In this document: one piece after another, positions 10,401-20,307 of the stretch
Layout of the letters: each line of letters starts with the position of its first letter
Position numbering within the stretch: position 1 is the first letter of the stretch
Origin: Promethearchaeati archaeon
Lineage (GTDB): Archaea > Asgardarchaeota > Heimdallarchaeia > Heimdallarchaeales > Heimdallarchaeaceae
Length of the DNA: 64,000 bases
NCBI GenBank assembly: GCA_013166775.1
Contig: JABLTJ010000013.1
Location: forward strand, 14,916 to 78,915
Direction: 5' to 3'
Translations under genes and position numbers: made by a program
The notes under the pieces: generated by a model
The model's database searches: none
The model's input: the letters and a program-made list of their open reading frames with translations, nothing else
What the model was told of the DNA's origin: nothing

Positions 10401-10807
10401 ATGATGGGTTTTTCAGAAATTAAAACCAAGAAATACTCTCTGTGGATGAAATATTTCATAATAGGTGCAAGTTGTGCAGCGTTGATATTCATAATAGTTG
10501 TTTCTATACTTTATTTCACTCTTAACCTATCAATTAGAAATTTGTTTATTTCGCTTTGTCTAGGGAATATCATATTAGGGATTATTCCTGGGCTTATTTC
10601 AAAAAAAGAAGAACTTTTTAGTTTTTAGGTTTTGCTTATTTAGGATCTTTGATTTGTAGCATTGTAGGTCTCTTACTAATAGGTTGGAGATTCAATTTGT
10701 ATAGATTTTCATTCATAATTTAGTATTTATTTTTAGCAATATCGGAACTAATAATCATAGCATTAATTACTCATCTTCTTCATTTTAGACACGAATCAAA
10801 AAAATGA
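10401..10807 (+). pseudogene. disrupted small membrane protein gene
   Basis: 75-aa ORF stops at 10628. One extra T in the T-run at 10622-10626 would continue it as FLGFAYLGSLICSIVGLLLIGW..., then an in-frame TAG (10721-10723), then YLFLAISELIIIALITHLLHFRHESKK* ending at 10807. Confidence 0.55.
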
Positions 10808-10869
10808 AAAATCTACTTCTTTATATAGTGATAACTTTGCACTAAGATAGACTTAAAAGATAGGTTTAG

Positions 10870-13800
10870 GTGTGGATATTGTATAAGAACTCAATTGAGG
10901 TTATAGGCGCTCAAGAGAACAATTTACGTAATATCTCAGTTGAGATTCCACATGATAAGTTAATTGTTATTTCGGGCATCTCTGGAAGTGGAAAGAGTTC
11001 ACTTGCTTTTGATACAATTTATCTCGAAGCACAGAGAAGATATATGGAAACTTTATCAGCTTATGCAAGGCAATTTATAGGTAATTTTGACAGACCGCAA
11101 GTTGAGCATATTGATGGTTTACGACCAACAATTTCTATTGATCAGAAAACTATATCGAGGAATCCAAGAAGTACAGTTGGTACCCTCACTGAGATTTATG
11201 ATTACATGAGAGTACTTTTTGCAAGAGTAGGAATACCTCATTGTCCAGATTGTAAAATTAGGATTGAAGCACAACCTTCAGATCAAGTAATTGAACAGAT
11301 ATTTGCATCTTTTGAAGGACAAAGGATCAAAATAGTTGCTCCAATTTTCGAGAAGAGGAAAGGTGAGTATAGAAAGGAATTAGCTCAATGGAAAGAAGAT
11401 GGTTATGTCAGATTAATAGTTGATGGTAAAGAAGTGAACTTAGATGATGAAGAAGTTCAATTAGAGAGATATGTTGCTCATGATTTAGAAATTATTGTTG
11501 ACAGGAATCGATGTGAAAGAAAGAATGAGCCTTTGATTCTTGATAGTGTCAACCTAGCACTCGAGCTCTCAAAAGGTAGGATTAAGATAATTGGAGAGAA
11601 AGAAGAAAGAGTATACTCAACAAAACTAGTCTGTCCAGAGTGCGGATTAGCTGTAAATGAATTCAATCCTAGAGACTTCTCGCACAATACAGCTGTTGGT
11701 GCTTGTAAGAGATGTAAAGGACTAGGACAAATTGCTGAGATATCTCCTCAAAAGTTCATAGTTAATCATGATCTTTCAATCGCTGATGGTGCCATTGCGA
11801 CAATGACGAAGAACAAAAAACACATCACATATGCTTCTATAGGTTTGAAAAATATCAATGTAATTGTCCAAGAACACGGATATGATATTAACACACCAAT
11901 AAAGGATTTAACTGAAGATCAACTCGATAAACTACTTTATGGAACAGGTAGACAAGAATATCACTTGACATGGAACTGGGATAGTCAAGCAGCTAAATGG
12001 AGTGGGAAGGGTGAGTGGACCACTAGATGGAGAGGATTAATCCCAGCAACAATGGAAGCTTACTACAGACTTACGTCAGAACATAGGAAGCAAATATTAG
12101 AAGAGCTCATGGAACAAACAAAATGCCCTGATTGTAAGGGAATGAGACTCAAGCCCGAGAGTTTAGCTGTTTTGTTCAATGGGAAAAATATCTCTGAACT
12201 CAATAGATTAGAAATTGATGAGTGTTTAAAATTCTTCGAGGGAGTTAAGCTTACTAAAGAAGAGGAGATAATAGGGAAACCTCTACTAAAAGAAATTAAA
12301 AATAGATTATCATTCTTGTTGAAAGTAGGATTACATTATCTAACAATGAACAGAGCTGCGAGTGAGTTGAGCGGAGGAGAAGCTCAAAGAACAAGATTAG
12401 CAACTCAAATAGGTTCAAAGCTACAAGGAGTAAATTATGTCTTAGATGAGCCTTCAATAGGATTAGCTAATAGAGACAACCAAAAGCTGTTGAGTTCTCT
12501 GAAAACTCTCAGAGATGGAGGGAATACAGTCATAGTTGTTGAACATGATGAAGATACTCTTCGTTCAGCTGATCTGCTGTTAGATTTAGGTCCAGGAGCA
12601 GGAGATGATGGTGGAGAAGTACTATTCCTCATGGATCCAAAGGAATTATCTGAAAAAAATTCAAAGAATTCTATCACTGCAAAATATCTATTGGGATTAG
12701 ATGAGATTGAGATACCTAAGAAAAGGAGAACAAGTAAAAAATTCCTTACTCTCAAAGGTGCATCTCATAATAACTTAAAGCAGATAGATGTAAGCATCCC
12801 TTTAGGAACATTCACATGTGTTACTGGAGTTTCAGGAAGTGGTAAGTCTTCTTTAGTTGCAGATACACTTTATCCAATTCTAGTAAATAAACTTCATAAT
12901 GGAAAACAAAAACCAGGTCGATACAAGAGTATAGAAGGCTCAGAGAACATTGACAAAGTTGTCGTAATTGATCAATCACCTATAGGTAGAACGTCAAGAT
13001 CTAATCCTGCAACCTATACAAAAGTAATGGATCATATTAGAGATTTGTTTGCAACTATTCCAACAGCTAAGATTAGAGGGTATTCCAAAACTAGATTCAG
13101 TTTTAATACAAAATTAGGTAGATGTGAAGCGTGTAAAGGGCATGGTTATAATAAGATAGAAATGACCCTTCTTCCCGACGTTGAAGTTGAATGTGAAATT
13201 TGCAAAAGCAAAAGATATGATGATGAGACTCTGAAAATCAAATATCAAGGTCATTCTATAGCTGACATACTTAACATGACTGTAAGTAGAGCAATGGGAG
13301 TGTTTGAAAATATACCTAAAATTCAGCGTATTTTGAAGACTTTAATTGATGTCGGATTGGATTATATACAGCTCGGGCAATCAAGTACAACTATATCTGG
13401 TGGAGAAGCCCAGAGGATAAAACTTAGCAGAGAACTATCAAAGATATCTACAGGTAATACCCTGTATATCCTCGATGAATCGACAACGGGATTAAGTTTT
13501 GAAGATATTAAAAAGCTGTTAAATGTTCTTCAAAGATTGGTTGATAAGGGAAATACAGTATTAATTATAGAGCATAATTTAGATGTCATCAAAGTAGCTG
13601 ATTTTGTCATAGATTTAGGTCCTGATGGCGGAGAAGAAAATGGTGGGTATCTAGTAGATTTAGGTACTCCAGAAGAAATTCTTGAAAATGAGCTTTCATA
13701 TACTGGACAAGCGTTGAAGAAAGTACTAACTGATGATTACATAGAGGAAGAAGTAGAACCTATAAAAATAGAAAAAGAGGATTTAGATCCATCAAAATAT

Positions 13801-16629
13801 CTGTATGTGAGAGGAGCAACAAAGAATAATCTCAAAAGTATAAATTTAGACATTCCAAAAGAAAAACTTGTTGTAATCACAGGACCTAGCGGTTCAGGTA
13901 AAAGCTCTTTAGCTATAGATACTCTTTTTGCAGAAGGGCAAAGAAGGTTTGTAGAATCATTAAGTAGTTATGCACGGCAGTTTCTTACAAAAGCTGAAAG
14001 AGCTGATGTTGATGATATAATTGGTTTGACACCCTCAATAGCTATAGATCAGCATTCTATTTCTAAGAATCCAAGATCAATTGTTGCAACTACTACAGAA
14101 ATTTATGATTATCTCCGACTTCTTTATGCAAAAGTGGGTATACCTCATTGTCCAGTATGCAATATTGTTTTAAAAAATAGAACGTCGGATGAAATAGCTA
14201 AATTAGTACTAAAGGAATATGAATCTGAAAACATAATTATCGCATCTTCTTTATCAAATGGCGAAGAAGTGAATATTAAAGAAACAATCAAGGAAATTCA
14301 AAAACAAGGATATAATAGAATTGTAATAGATGGGAAAGACTATCTAGTAGATGAACAGATAAAAGTAAAAAAATCTTCCTCATTATCTGTAGTAATTGAT
14401 AGAATAGAAGTGAATAAAGAAAACATATCTAGGACAGCTGAATCAATAGAAGCTGCAGTAAGTGTTGGCAAAGGGAGAGTTGAGATCTATTATAATGGAG
14501 AGAGAAGTATTTATTCAATAAATGCTGAATGTATAGATCATGAATATGAAGCTCCATCTGAAATCCATCCAAGACTTTTCAGCTTTAATCACTATTCAGG
14601 AGCATGCTCAAATTGCACAGGGTTGGGAACAATAAGAAAATTTGATATAAGAAAGATAGTCAAGAATTGGGATAAATCGATAAGTCAAGGCGCTATAGGT
14701 CCATATTCTTCTCAAAGAATGTCTAATCCTAACTCTTGGAGAAGAGCAATGCTTGATTCTGTAGCTAAACATTTCGATTTCACAATGGATACACCAATGA
14801 AAGATTTAACTCCTCAACAACTGGATGGTTTATTTTACGGCTCAAAAGGTAAAGATGTATCAATTAGAATCATTCGAGAAAGAGAAAAATCTTCTTCAGA
14901 ATATACTAGAAGTGGACCATGGGAAGGACTCATTCAAAGATGGGTTACTTGGATGACCACTGAAACTGAATCACGATACATTAGTCAAAGAAAAGAACAG
15001 ATGCATCAATATTATAGCGAGTATAAATGCACAGATTGTAATGGACGAAAATTAAAAACAGAAGTTCTTGCGATAACAGTAGGAGATAAATCGATAAACG
15101 ATCTTTCTACCTATGCAGTTGATGATTTTCTTGACTTCCTTAATACTTTGAAGCTTAATAAAAGAAGAGCAAAGATAGCGGATAGGATTATAGTTGAGTT
15201 AAAGAAAAGAGCTGAATATCTAACTGATGTGGGTTTGAGTTATCTTACTCTAGATAGACGTTCAAGCACTTTATCTAATGGAGAAGCCCAAAGAATAAGA
15301 CTCGCTTCACAGATTGGGAGTGGACTTATAGGTGTCACTTATGTCCTAGATGAACCAACAATAGGTCTACACCCAAGAGATATAGATAAGCTGCTTACAA
15401 CATTGAAGAGACTAAGAGATAATGGAAATCATGTTATCGTTGTTGAGCATGATGACATCATAATTAAAGAATCAGATCACATGATTGAACTTGGCCCACT
15501 AGGTGGAGATCAAGGGGGGGATGTAGTTGCTGAAGGGAATACTACTAAACTTCTACAGCGAGAAGATTCTTTGACTGCAAGCTATCTTTCTGGTTCAAAG
15601 AAAATTAAAACACCTAAGAATCGAAGGAAAGCGGAATCTTCTATTGAATTAAAAGGAGCATCTCAAAACAATTTGAAACAAATAGATGTTGAATTCGGAA
15701 AAGGAATATTTACTGCAGTAACTGGTGTCAGTGGGGCAGGTAAATCGTCTCTTGTAATTGACACACTTCAGAAAGGACTTGAAAAGAATATTCAAGGCAA
15801 AAGAACAGAAGTTGGTAAATATAAGTCACTTACAAATTTTGAAGGTATAAACAAAGTAATAGTCGTTGATCAATCCTCTTTGAGTAAATCAAGAAGGTCA
15901 AATCCATCTACGTATTTAGGAGTACAAGATAATATAAGAGATTTCTTTGCTCTTTTACCAGAATCAAAAGCTAGAGGTTTCACACCAGGTCATTTCAGTT
16001 TCAACACATACAAAGGTCAATGTAATGAGTGTCGAGGATTAGGACATAAAAGAATAGAGTTGCTCTTTCTTTCAGATGTTTGGGTTTTATGCCCGAGTTG
16101 TAAAGGGAAGAAATACAAAAAACCTATTCTAACAGCAAGATATAGAAAAAAATCTATTGCTGATATTTTAGAGATGACTATAGAGGAAGCATGTGAACTA
16201 TTTTCGAACATAGAAAATATACGTAGACCTCTTCAATTAGCAGTAGATGTAGGGCTAGGATATCTACGAATGGGACAACCTACAACTACAATAAGTGGAG
16301 GGGAAGCAGAAAGGTTGAAAATAGCTAGAGAATTGTCAAAGAAAACACATGATAAAAGTATCTATTTATTGGATGAACCTTCACAAGGATTACACTTCTA
16401 CGATATTGAAAAACTTGTTAATATTCTGCATCGTTTAGCAGATGAAGGAAACTCAATTGTTGTTATTGATCATAATATGGACATAATAAAGAACGCAGAT
16501 AGGATTATAGATTTAGGTCCTGAAGGTGGGACTAGAAATGGTGGATATTTAGTAGCTAAAGGAACACCTGAGGAGATTATCAATCAACAGGAAGGGTATA
16601 CATGGGAGTATCTTAAGCAAGCTTCCTAG
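10870..16629 (+). CDS. uvrA: excinuclease ABC subunit A, tandem-duplicated (two complete UvrA modules in one 1919-aa chain)
   Basis: Four Walker A motifs (GISGSGKSS, GVSGSGKSS, GPSGSGKSS, GVSGAGKSS); IDQ..NPRS and FSFN-type motifs and CxxC zinc clusters repeated in both halves. Confidence 0.95.
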   Translation: MWILYKNSIEVIGAQENNLRNISVEIPHDKLIVISGISGSGKSSLAFDTIYLEAQRRYMETLSAYARQFIGNFDRPQVEHIDGLRPTISIDQKTISRNPRSTVGTLTEIYDYMRVLFARVGIPHCPDCKIRIEAQPSDQVIEQIFASFEGQRIKIVAPIFEKRKGEYRKELAQWKEDGYVRLIVDGKEVNLDDEEVQLERYVAHDLEIIVDRNRCERKNEPLILDSVNLALELSKGRIKIIGEKEERVYSTKLVCPECGLAVNEFNPRDFSHNTAVGACKRCKGLGQIAEISPQKFIVNHDLSIADGAIATMTKNKKHITYASIGLKNINVIVQEHGYDINTPIKDLTEDQLDKLLYGTGRQEYHLTWNWDSQAAKWSGKGEWTTRWRGLIPATMEAYYRLTSEHRKQILEELMEQTKCPDCKGMRLKPESLAVLFNGKNISELNRLEIDECLKFFEGVKLTKEEEIIGKPLLKEIKNRLSFLLKVGLHYLTMNRAASELSGGEAQRTRLATQIGSKLQGVNYVLDEPSIGLANRDNQKLLSSLKTLRDGGNTVIVVEHDEDTLRSADLLLDLGPGAGDDGGEVLFLMDPKELSEKNSKNSITAKYLLGLDEIEIPKKRRTSKKFLTLKGASHNNLKQIDVSIPLGTFTCVTGVSGSGKSSLVADTLYPILVNKLHNGKQKPGRYKSIEGSENIDKVVVIDQSPIGRTSRSNPATYTKVMDHIRDLFATIPTAKIRGYSKTRFSFNTKLGRCEACKGHGYNKIEMTLLPDVEVECEICKSKRYDDETLKIKYQGHSIADILNMTVSRAMGVFENIPKIQRILKTLIDVGLDYIQLGQSSTTISGGEAQRIKLSRELSKISTGNTLYILDESTTGLSFEDIKKLLNVLQRLVDKGNTVLIIEHNLDVIKVADFVIDLGPDGGEENGGYLVDLGTPEEILENELSYTGQALKKVLTDDYIEEEVEPIKIEKEDLDPSKYLYVRGATKNNLKSINLDIPKEKLVVITGPSGSGKSSLAIDTLFAEGQRRFVESLSSYARQFLTKAERADVDDIIGLTPSIAIDQHSISKNPRSIVATTTEIYDYLRLLYAKVGIPHCPVCNIVLKNRTSDEIAKLVLKEYESENIIIASSLSNGEEVNIKETIKEIQKQGYNRIVIDGKDYLVDEQIKVKKSSSLSVVIDRIEVNKENISRTAESIEAAVSVGKGRVEIYYNGERSIYSINAECIDHEYEAPSEIHPRLFSFNHYSGACSNCTGLGTIRKFDIRKIVKNWDKSISQGAIGPYSSQRMSNPNSWRRAMLDSVAKHFDFTMDTPMKDLTPQQLDGLFYGSKGKDVSIRIIREREKSSSEYTRSGPWEGLIQRWVTWMTTETESRYISQRKEQMHQYYSEYKCTDCNGRKLKTEVLAITVGDKSINDLSTYAVDDFLDFLNTLKLNKRRAKIADRIIVELKKRAEYLTDVGLSYLTLDRRSSTLSNGEAQRIRLASQIGSGLIGVTYVLDEPTIGLHPRDIDKLLTTLKRLRDNGNHVIVVEHDDIIIKESDHMIELGPLGGDQGGDVVAEGNTTKLLQREDSLTASYLSGSKKIKTPKNRRKAESSIELKGASQNNLKQIDVEFGKGIFTAVTGVSGAGKSSLVIDTLQKGLEKNIQGKRTEVGKYKSLTNFEGINKVIVVDQSSLSKSRRSNPSTYLGVQDNIRDFFALLPESKARGFTPGHFSFNTYKGQCNECRGLGHKRIELLFLSDVWVLCPSCKGKKYKKPILTARYRKKSIADILEMTIEEACELFSNIENIRRPLQLAVDVGLGYLRMGQPTTTISGGEAERLKIARELSKKTHDKSIYLLDEPSQGLHFYDIEKLVNILHRLADEGNSIVVIDHNMDIIKNADRIIDLGPEGGTRNGGYLVAKGTPEEIINQQEGYTWEYLKQAS

Positions 16630-16784
16630 AAGTATTCAAACTATTTTTTATAGAAACTACAATCTTACGAATTGTCTGCTCTTACATTTAGGTCTATTCT
16701 AATAATTAAAATTAGGCGAAATTCTTAATAAGTGTCTTAAACTAATATAAAGTAATTTCAGTAATTGGAAAGTCTCTGATAGGT

Positions 16785-18776
16785 ATGGATCGCAAAAAAA
16801 AAAATAGAGTTAAATGCTCTTTTCTGATTATTTTATTCTTCAATTTCAGTTATTCAACAAGCTTTAATTCTAAAAGTTTTAACTATCCTCAACTTGTTCT
16901 AAAAACTACAGGAGGGGGGATTTTACCAGACTATGCAATGTTTATTACACAGAATTTAAGAGATATTGGAATATATGTTAAAATCCAAATTGAAGAATGG
17001 TCGGTTCTTTATGGTAAGGAGCTTTCCCCATGCAATTATGATTTAGCAATTATTAAGATGAATTTTAATCAATTTTATCCCCATCCCTCTATATATTTCT
17101 CCAATAATGGTTCAAAAAACCTTCTTTTTAAAAATACAGATTTGCCTTATTGGAGGTTTAATGAAGAAATGCTTACTTTGATGAATCAAGTAGATGATGA
17201 TGAAAGACAGCAGATCTATTATGATTGGCAGCAGCAGCTAATGGATAAGATTCTACCTTGTCTTCCTCTTTTCAATTATCAGAAGCAAATTTCAACATGG
17301 TCTACTTTGGAAGGATATAACGTCAATTGGTCTATTTCGAATAATATGCCTTATCTCTCATTTAATGAAACTCATGAGGGACAAGAGAGCACAGATGAAT
17401 TCATATTCAGTGATTCAAGTTTTCAAAATCTTAATCCTTTAATGTATACTGATGATTCAAGTGTGAATTTAGCCAGCTTTCTTACTGAACAAATTATTCA
17501 AATTTCTCCTGAAAATGAGATACTAAAAACTGGATTAATTTATGATTGGGAAGAGGTGAACGAGAGCTATTATCGTTTCTTTGTAAGAGATAATATCTAT
17601 TGGAATCCTTCATACAACATAACAGAAAGAACTGAAAACTCACCTCCTTTAAGTATTCTCACTACTCCACTGATGAGTGGTTTAAAAGGTGATATTAGCA
17701 ATGGAACTAATCAAAAAGTAACTGCAAAAGATGTTGCTTTTACACTTCTTTCTTTAGCCACACAAAATTCAAGTAAATATTACGATCAATATAATTGGAT
17801 TAGAAGAATAGATATGAATTCAACAAATGATTTAATTTTTTCAATTTTGGTTGATTCCAATCCTCAAACGAAAGAACTAGATTTGTTTCAAGGTATTCTT
17901 TTCAATTTCCTTTTCATGTTGAATGTTCCTTGTTTACCAGAATTTTTCTTAAATTCTAGTGATGAAACAATATTTTATACTTCTGGTAGCATACCAGTGA
18001 AAGGACTTTACAATGCAAAGAATTCAGTTCAGTGGAACACATATAGTTGTTCAGCTTTTGGCTGTGGGAAGTATATGTTGGATTATACTCATAGAAATGT
18101 AGAGACTCTTCTTCAAGCAAATCCTAATTGGTTCGGAATAGGTCCTCGAGAGGGTAATAATCAGTCTCTATCTATAGAAAAGGTAAAAATAAGAGATATT
18201 TCAGATGATTTCACTTCTTTAGAGGAATTTAAAGCTGGAAAGCTCGATTTGATGGATGTCACTTCTTTTAAATCTGAAAGTGTAAAAATGCAAATTGACG
18301 ATAGATTCGAAATTCATGACACCCTCTCAAGTGATATGACATGTCTTGTTTTCAATTTAGATAGACCTTTTATTGGAGGTGCTGACAATTATGTTTTTAT
18401 GGATACCCCTGGTAAAGAAGAATATACAAAAGGTGTTGCTATTCGTAAAGCAATCTGTTATGCGATAGATCGAGAAGAGATGAATGAGATTTTACATGAT
18501 GGAGATTACATAATTTCTCATAATCCTATCCCACCATTTTTCTCATTCTACTATTATGACAATATTATCAAGTACTATAGAGATTTAGATGCTGCTTACG
18601 AATGGTTGAGGGCTTCTGGACGTGGTGTGTATCTTACTATATATTATCCCGAAGATCATAGTGATGCTTTCTTTATTCTAACATGGATTATCGTTGTCGC
18701 TGCTAGTTTACAAGTACTAGTTATAATTTTGAATCGTTTAAGCAAATTAAATAGGAGAAATAAAAAATATGTGTAG
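16785..18776 (+). CDS. family 5 (OppA/DppA-like) solute-binding protein, circularly permuted, C-terminal TM anchor
   Basis: NLNP, DWE...YRFFVRDNIYW, VTAKDVAFT, GCGKY, FKAGKLD, RKAICYAIDREEM and AYEWLRASG motifs. The usual C-terminal segment (QNLRDIGI..EW..YDL..ERQQIY..Q..LP.LPL) is at the N-terminus. Confidence 0.85.
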   Translation: MDRKKKNRVKCSFLIILFFNFSYSTSFNSKSFNYPQLVLKTTGGGILPDYAMFITQNLRDIGIYVKIQIEEWSVLYGKELSPCNYDLAIIKMNFNQFYPHPSIYFSNNGSKNLLFKNTDLPYWRFNEEMLTLMNQVDDDERQQIYYDWQQQLMDKILPCLPLFNYQKQISTWSTLEGYNVNWSISNNMPYLSFNETHEGQESTDEFIFSDSSFQNLNPLMYTDDSSVNLASFLTEQIIQISPENEILKTGLIYDWEEVNESYYRFFVRDNIYWNPSYNITERTENSPPLSILTTPLMSGLKGDISNGTNQKVTAKDVAFTLLSLATQNSSKYYDQYNWIRRIDMNSTNDLIFSILVDSNPQTKELDLFQGILFNFLFMLNVPCLPEFFLNSSDETIFYTSGSIPVKGLYNAKNSVQWNTYSCSAFGCGKYMLDYTHRNVETLLQANPNWFGIGPREGNNQSLSIEKVKIRDISDDFTSLEEFKAGKLDLMDVTSFKSESVKMQIDDRFEIHDTLSSDMTCLVFNLDRPFIGGADNYVFMDTPGKEEYTKGVAIRKAICYAIDREEMNEILHDGDYIISHNPIPPFFSFYYYDNIIKYYRDLDAAYEWLRASGRGVYLTIYYPEDHSDAFFILTWIIVVAASLQVLVIILNRLSKLNRRNKKYV

Positions 18777-18859
18777 AATATTACACAAAAATAGTTATCT
18801 TTGTATAAAATATAAGATATTTGAGAAATTTGTAACTAAATGATATAAATGTGGTAAGT

Positions 18860-19357
18860 ATGGATAAGGGAAGAATAAATGAAGTAGGAGAGTTATTGGA
18901 AGTTGCCCCTTCTAATTTAAAAGAATCTAAATTTAAAGTATTAGTAAAACGACTTACTTATCCTCTGGCCCAGATTGCATTTTTTATATTTTCTATTATT
19001 TCAGGAATTTTACTTGGATATTGGGAAAGTCAAATACAAATAGGTTACCCTTTTAATCAAATCACAAGAATTTATAGAGCAGGGATTCCGACTCTCTTGA
19101 TTATCCATAGTGGAAATACGCTATTTTCGATAAAAAATCGCAAGAAATATCGTATTTCAAATTTCCTAACAGGATCTATAGTTATTATTAATCTGATACT
19201 GTCTGCGATTAGTTTCTTTTTTATCTATAAATTTATGGATGCAAATCTAGGTCTTAGTGCTTCAGTTCGTTATGGTACTTTCCATAAGAATATAGATAAA
19301 ATAATTATTTCAAAGATTTCTTCAACTATGAAAGAGGTGTATTATTTAGAAGTGTGA
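18860..19357 (+). CDS. 3-TM membrane protein, paralog 1; putative rSAM substrate (C-terminal RYG)
   Basis: N-terminus MDKGRINEVGELLEVAPSNLKESK, GYP loop, tail SVRYGTFHK. ATG at 18860 chosen by paralog alignment (ORF track starts at GTG 18851). Confidence 0.7.
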   Translation: MDKGRINEVGELLEVAPSNLKESKFKVLVKRLTYPLAQIAFFIFSIISGILLGYWESQIQIGYPFNQITRIYRAGIPTLLIIHSGNTLFSIKNRKKYRISNFLTGSIVIINLILSAISFFFIYKFMDANLGLSASVRYGTFHKNIDKIIISKISSTMKEVYYLEV

Positions 19358-19363
19358 TTTAAT

Positions 19364-19819
19364 ATGAACGATGAGAAAATAAACGAAGTTGGAAACTTGT
19401 TGGAAATAGATTCTTCAGATATTCAAGAATCAAAACAAAAAAAAATCTGGAAAAAACTAATTTTCCCTGTTGTTCAAATTTCAACTATCGTCCTTTCAGC
19501 AATCTTAGGTGCTTTAATGGGATACTGGGAAAATAACAGATCATCAGGTTATCCTGCTTCATGGCTTTACCCAAGGATTTTCTTTTTAGGTCCGATAGCG
19601 CTTTTTGGTTTCATTGTAGGAAACATATCAATATCCTCAAAGAACTATAAAAAAATTGGATTAAGAGGTGTTTATGCAGCTATTATTATTTTTATGAATA
19701 TATTGATCTCTGTAGCAAGCTTAGCTTTTACTTATATGGCAATTCGAACTACACCACCAGTGATTCTAGGTAGTTATGTAATGTATGGTACTTATAAAAA
19801 GCCAAAATATGGAAAATAA
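19364..19819 (+). CDS. 3-TM membrane protein, paralog 2; putative rSAM substrate (C-terminal MYG and KYG)
   Basis: MNDEKINEVGNLLEIDSSDIQESK...GYP...PPVILGSYVMYGTYKKPKYGK. Confidence 0.75.
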   Translation: MNDEKINEVGNLLEIDSSDIQESKQKKIWKKLIFPVVQISTIVLSAILGALMGYWENNRSSGYPASWLYPRIFFLGPIALFGFIVGNISISSKNYKKIGLRGVYAAIIIFMNILISVASLAFTYMAIRTTPPVILGSYVMYGTYKKPKYGK

Positions 19820-19829
19820 GTGGTTGAAT

Positions 19830-20297
19830 TTGAATAAAGAGAAATTAGATGAAACTGGAAAAGTGTTGAATGTTGATTCTTCAGATATTCAAAAATCAAA
19901 ATCAAAACAAATCTTGAAGAAACTTATTTTTCCTCTTGTTCAGGTTTCAACTATCATTCTTTCAGCAACCTCAGGAGCTTTACTGGGATATTTGGAGAAA
20001 AAAGAACCATCAGGTTATCCATATGCATGGGATTTCCCGAAGATTTACTTTTTTGGCCCAATGGCACTTCTAGGTTTTAGTACAGGGAATATATTAATAT
20101 CTTCAAAAAACTATAAGAAAACCGGATTAAGAGGTACTTCTGCTAGCATTATTGTTTTTCTAAGTATAGTTATCTCAGTAGCAAGCTTAGTTTTTATTTA
20201 TATGGCTGTTCAAAATCCACCACCTCCTCTTCAAGGATACGTTCCGCCATTTAATGTTTCAATAGATTATGATACCTTTAGAAAGAGAAATTTATAA
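19830..20297 (+). CDS. 3-TM membrane protein, paralog 3 (C-terminal DYD variant)
   Basis: Likely TTG start at 19830: MNKEKLDETGKVLNVDSSDIQKSK...GYP...PPPPLQGYVPPFNVSIDYDTFRK. Extensive DNA identity to paralog 2, e.g. gattcttcagatattcaa. Confidence 0.7.
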   Translation: MNKEKLDETGKVLNVDSSDIQKSKSKQILKKLIFPLVQVSTIILSATSGALLGYLEKKEPSGYPYAWDFPKIYFFGPMALLGFSTGNILISSKNYKKTGLRGTSASIIVFLSIVISVASLVFIYMAVQNPPPPLQGYVPPFNVSIDYDTFRKRNL

Positions 20298-20307
20298 TGT
20301 GATTAAT

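Noticed and set aside
10721-10723. In-frame TAG as pyrrolysine or stop-codon recoding
   Set aside because: The same gene also has a frameshift, and TAG is used as a normal stop by other genes here (e.g. uvrA, 5834..7414).
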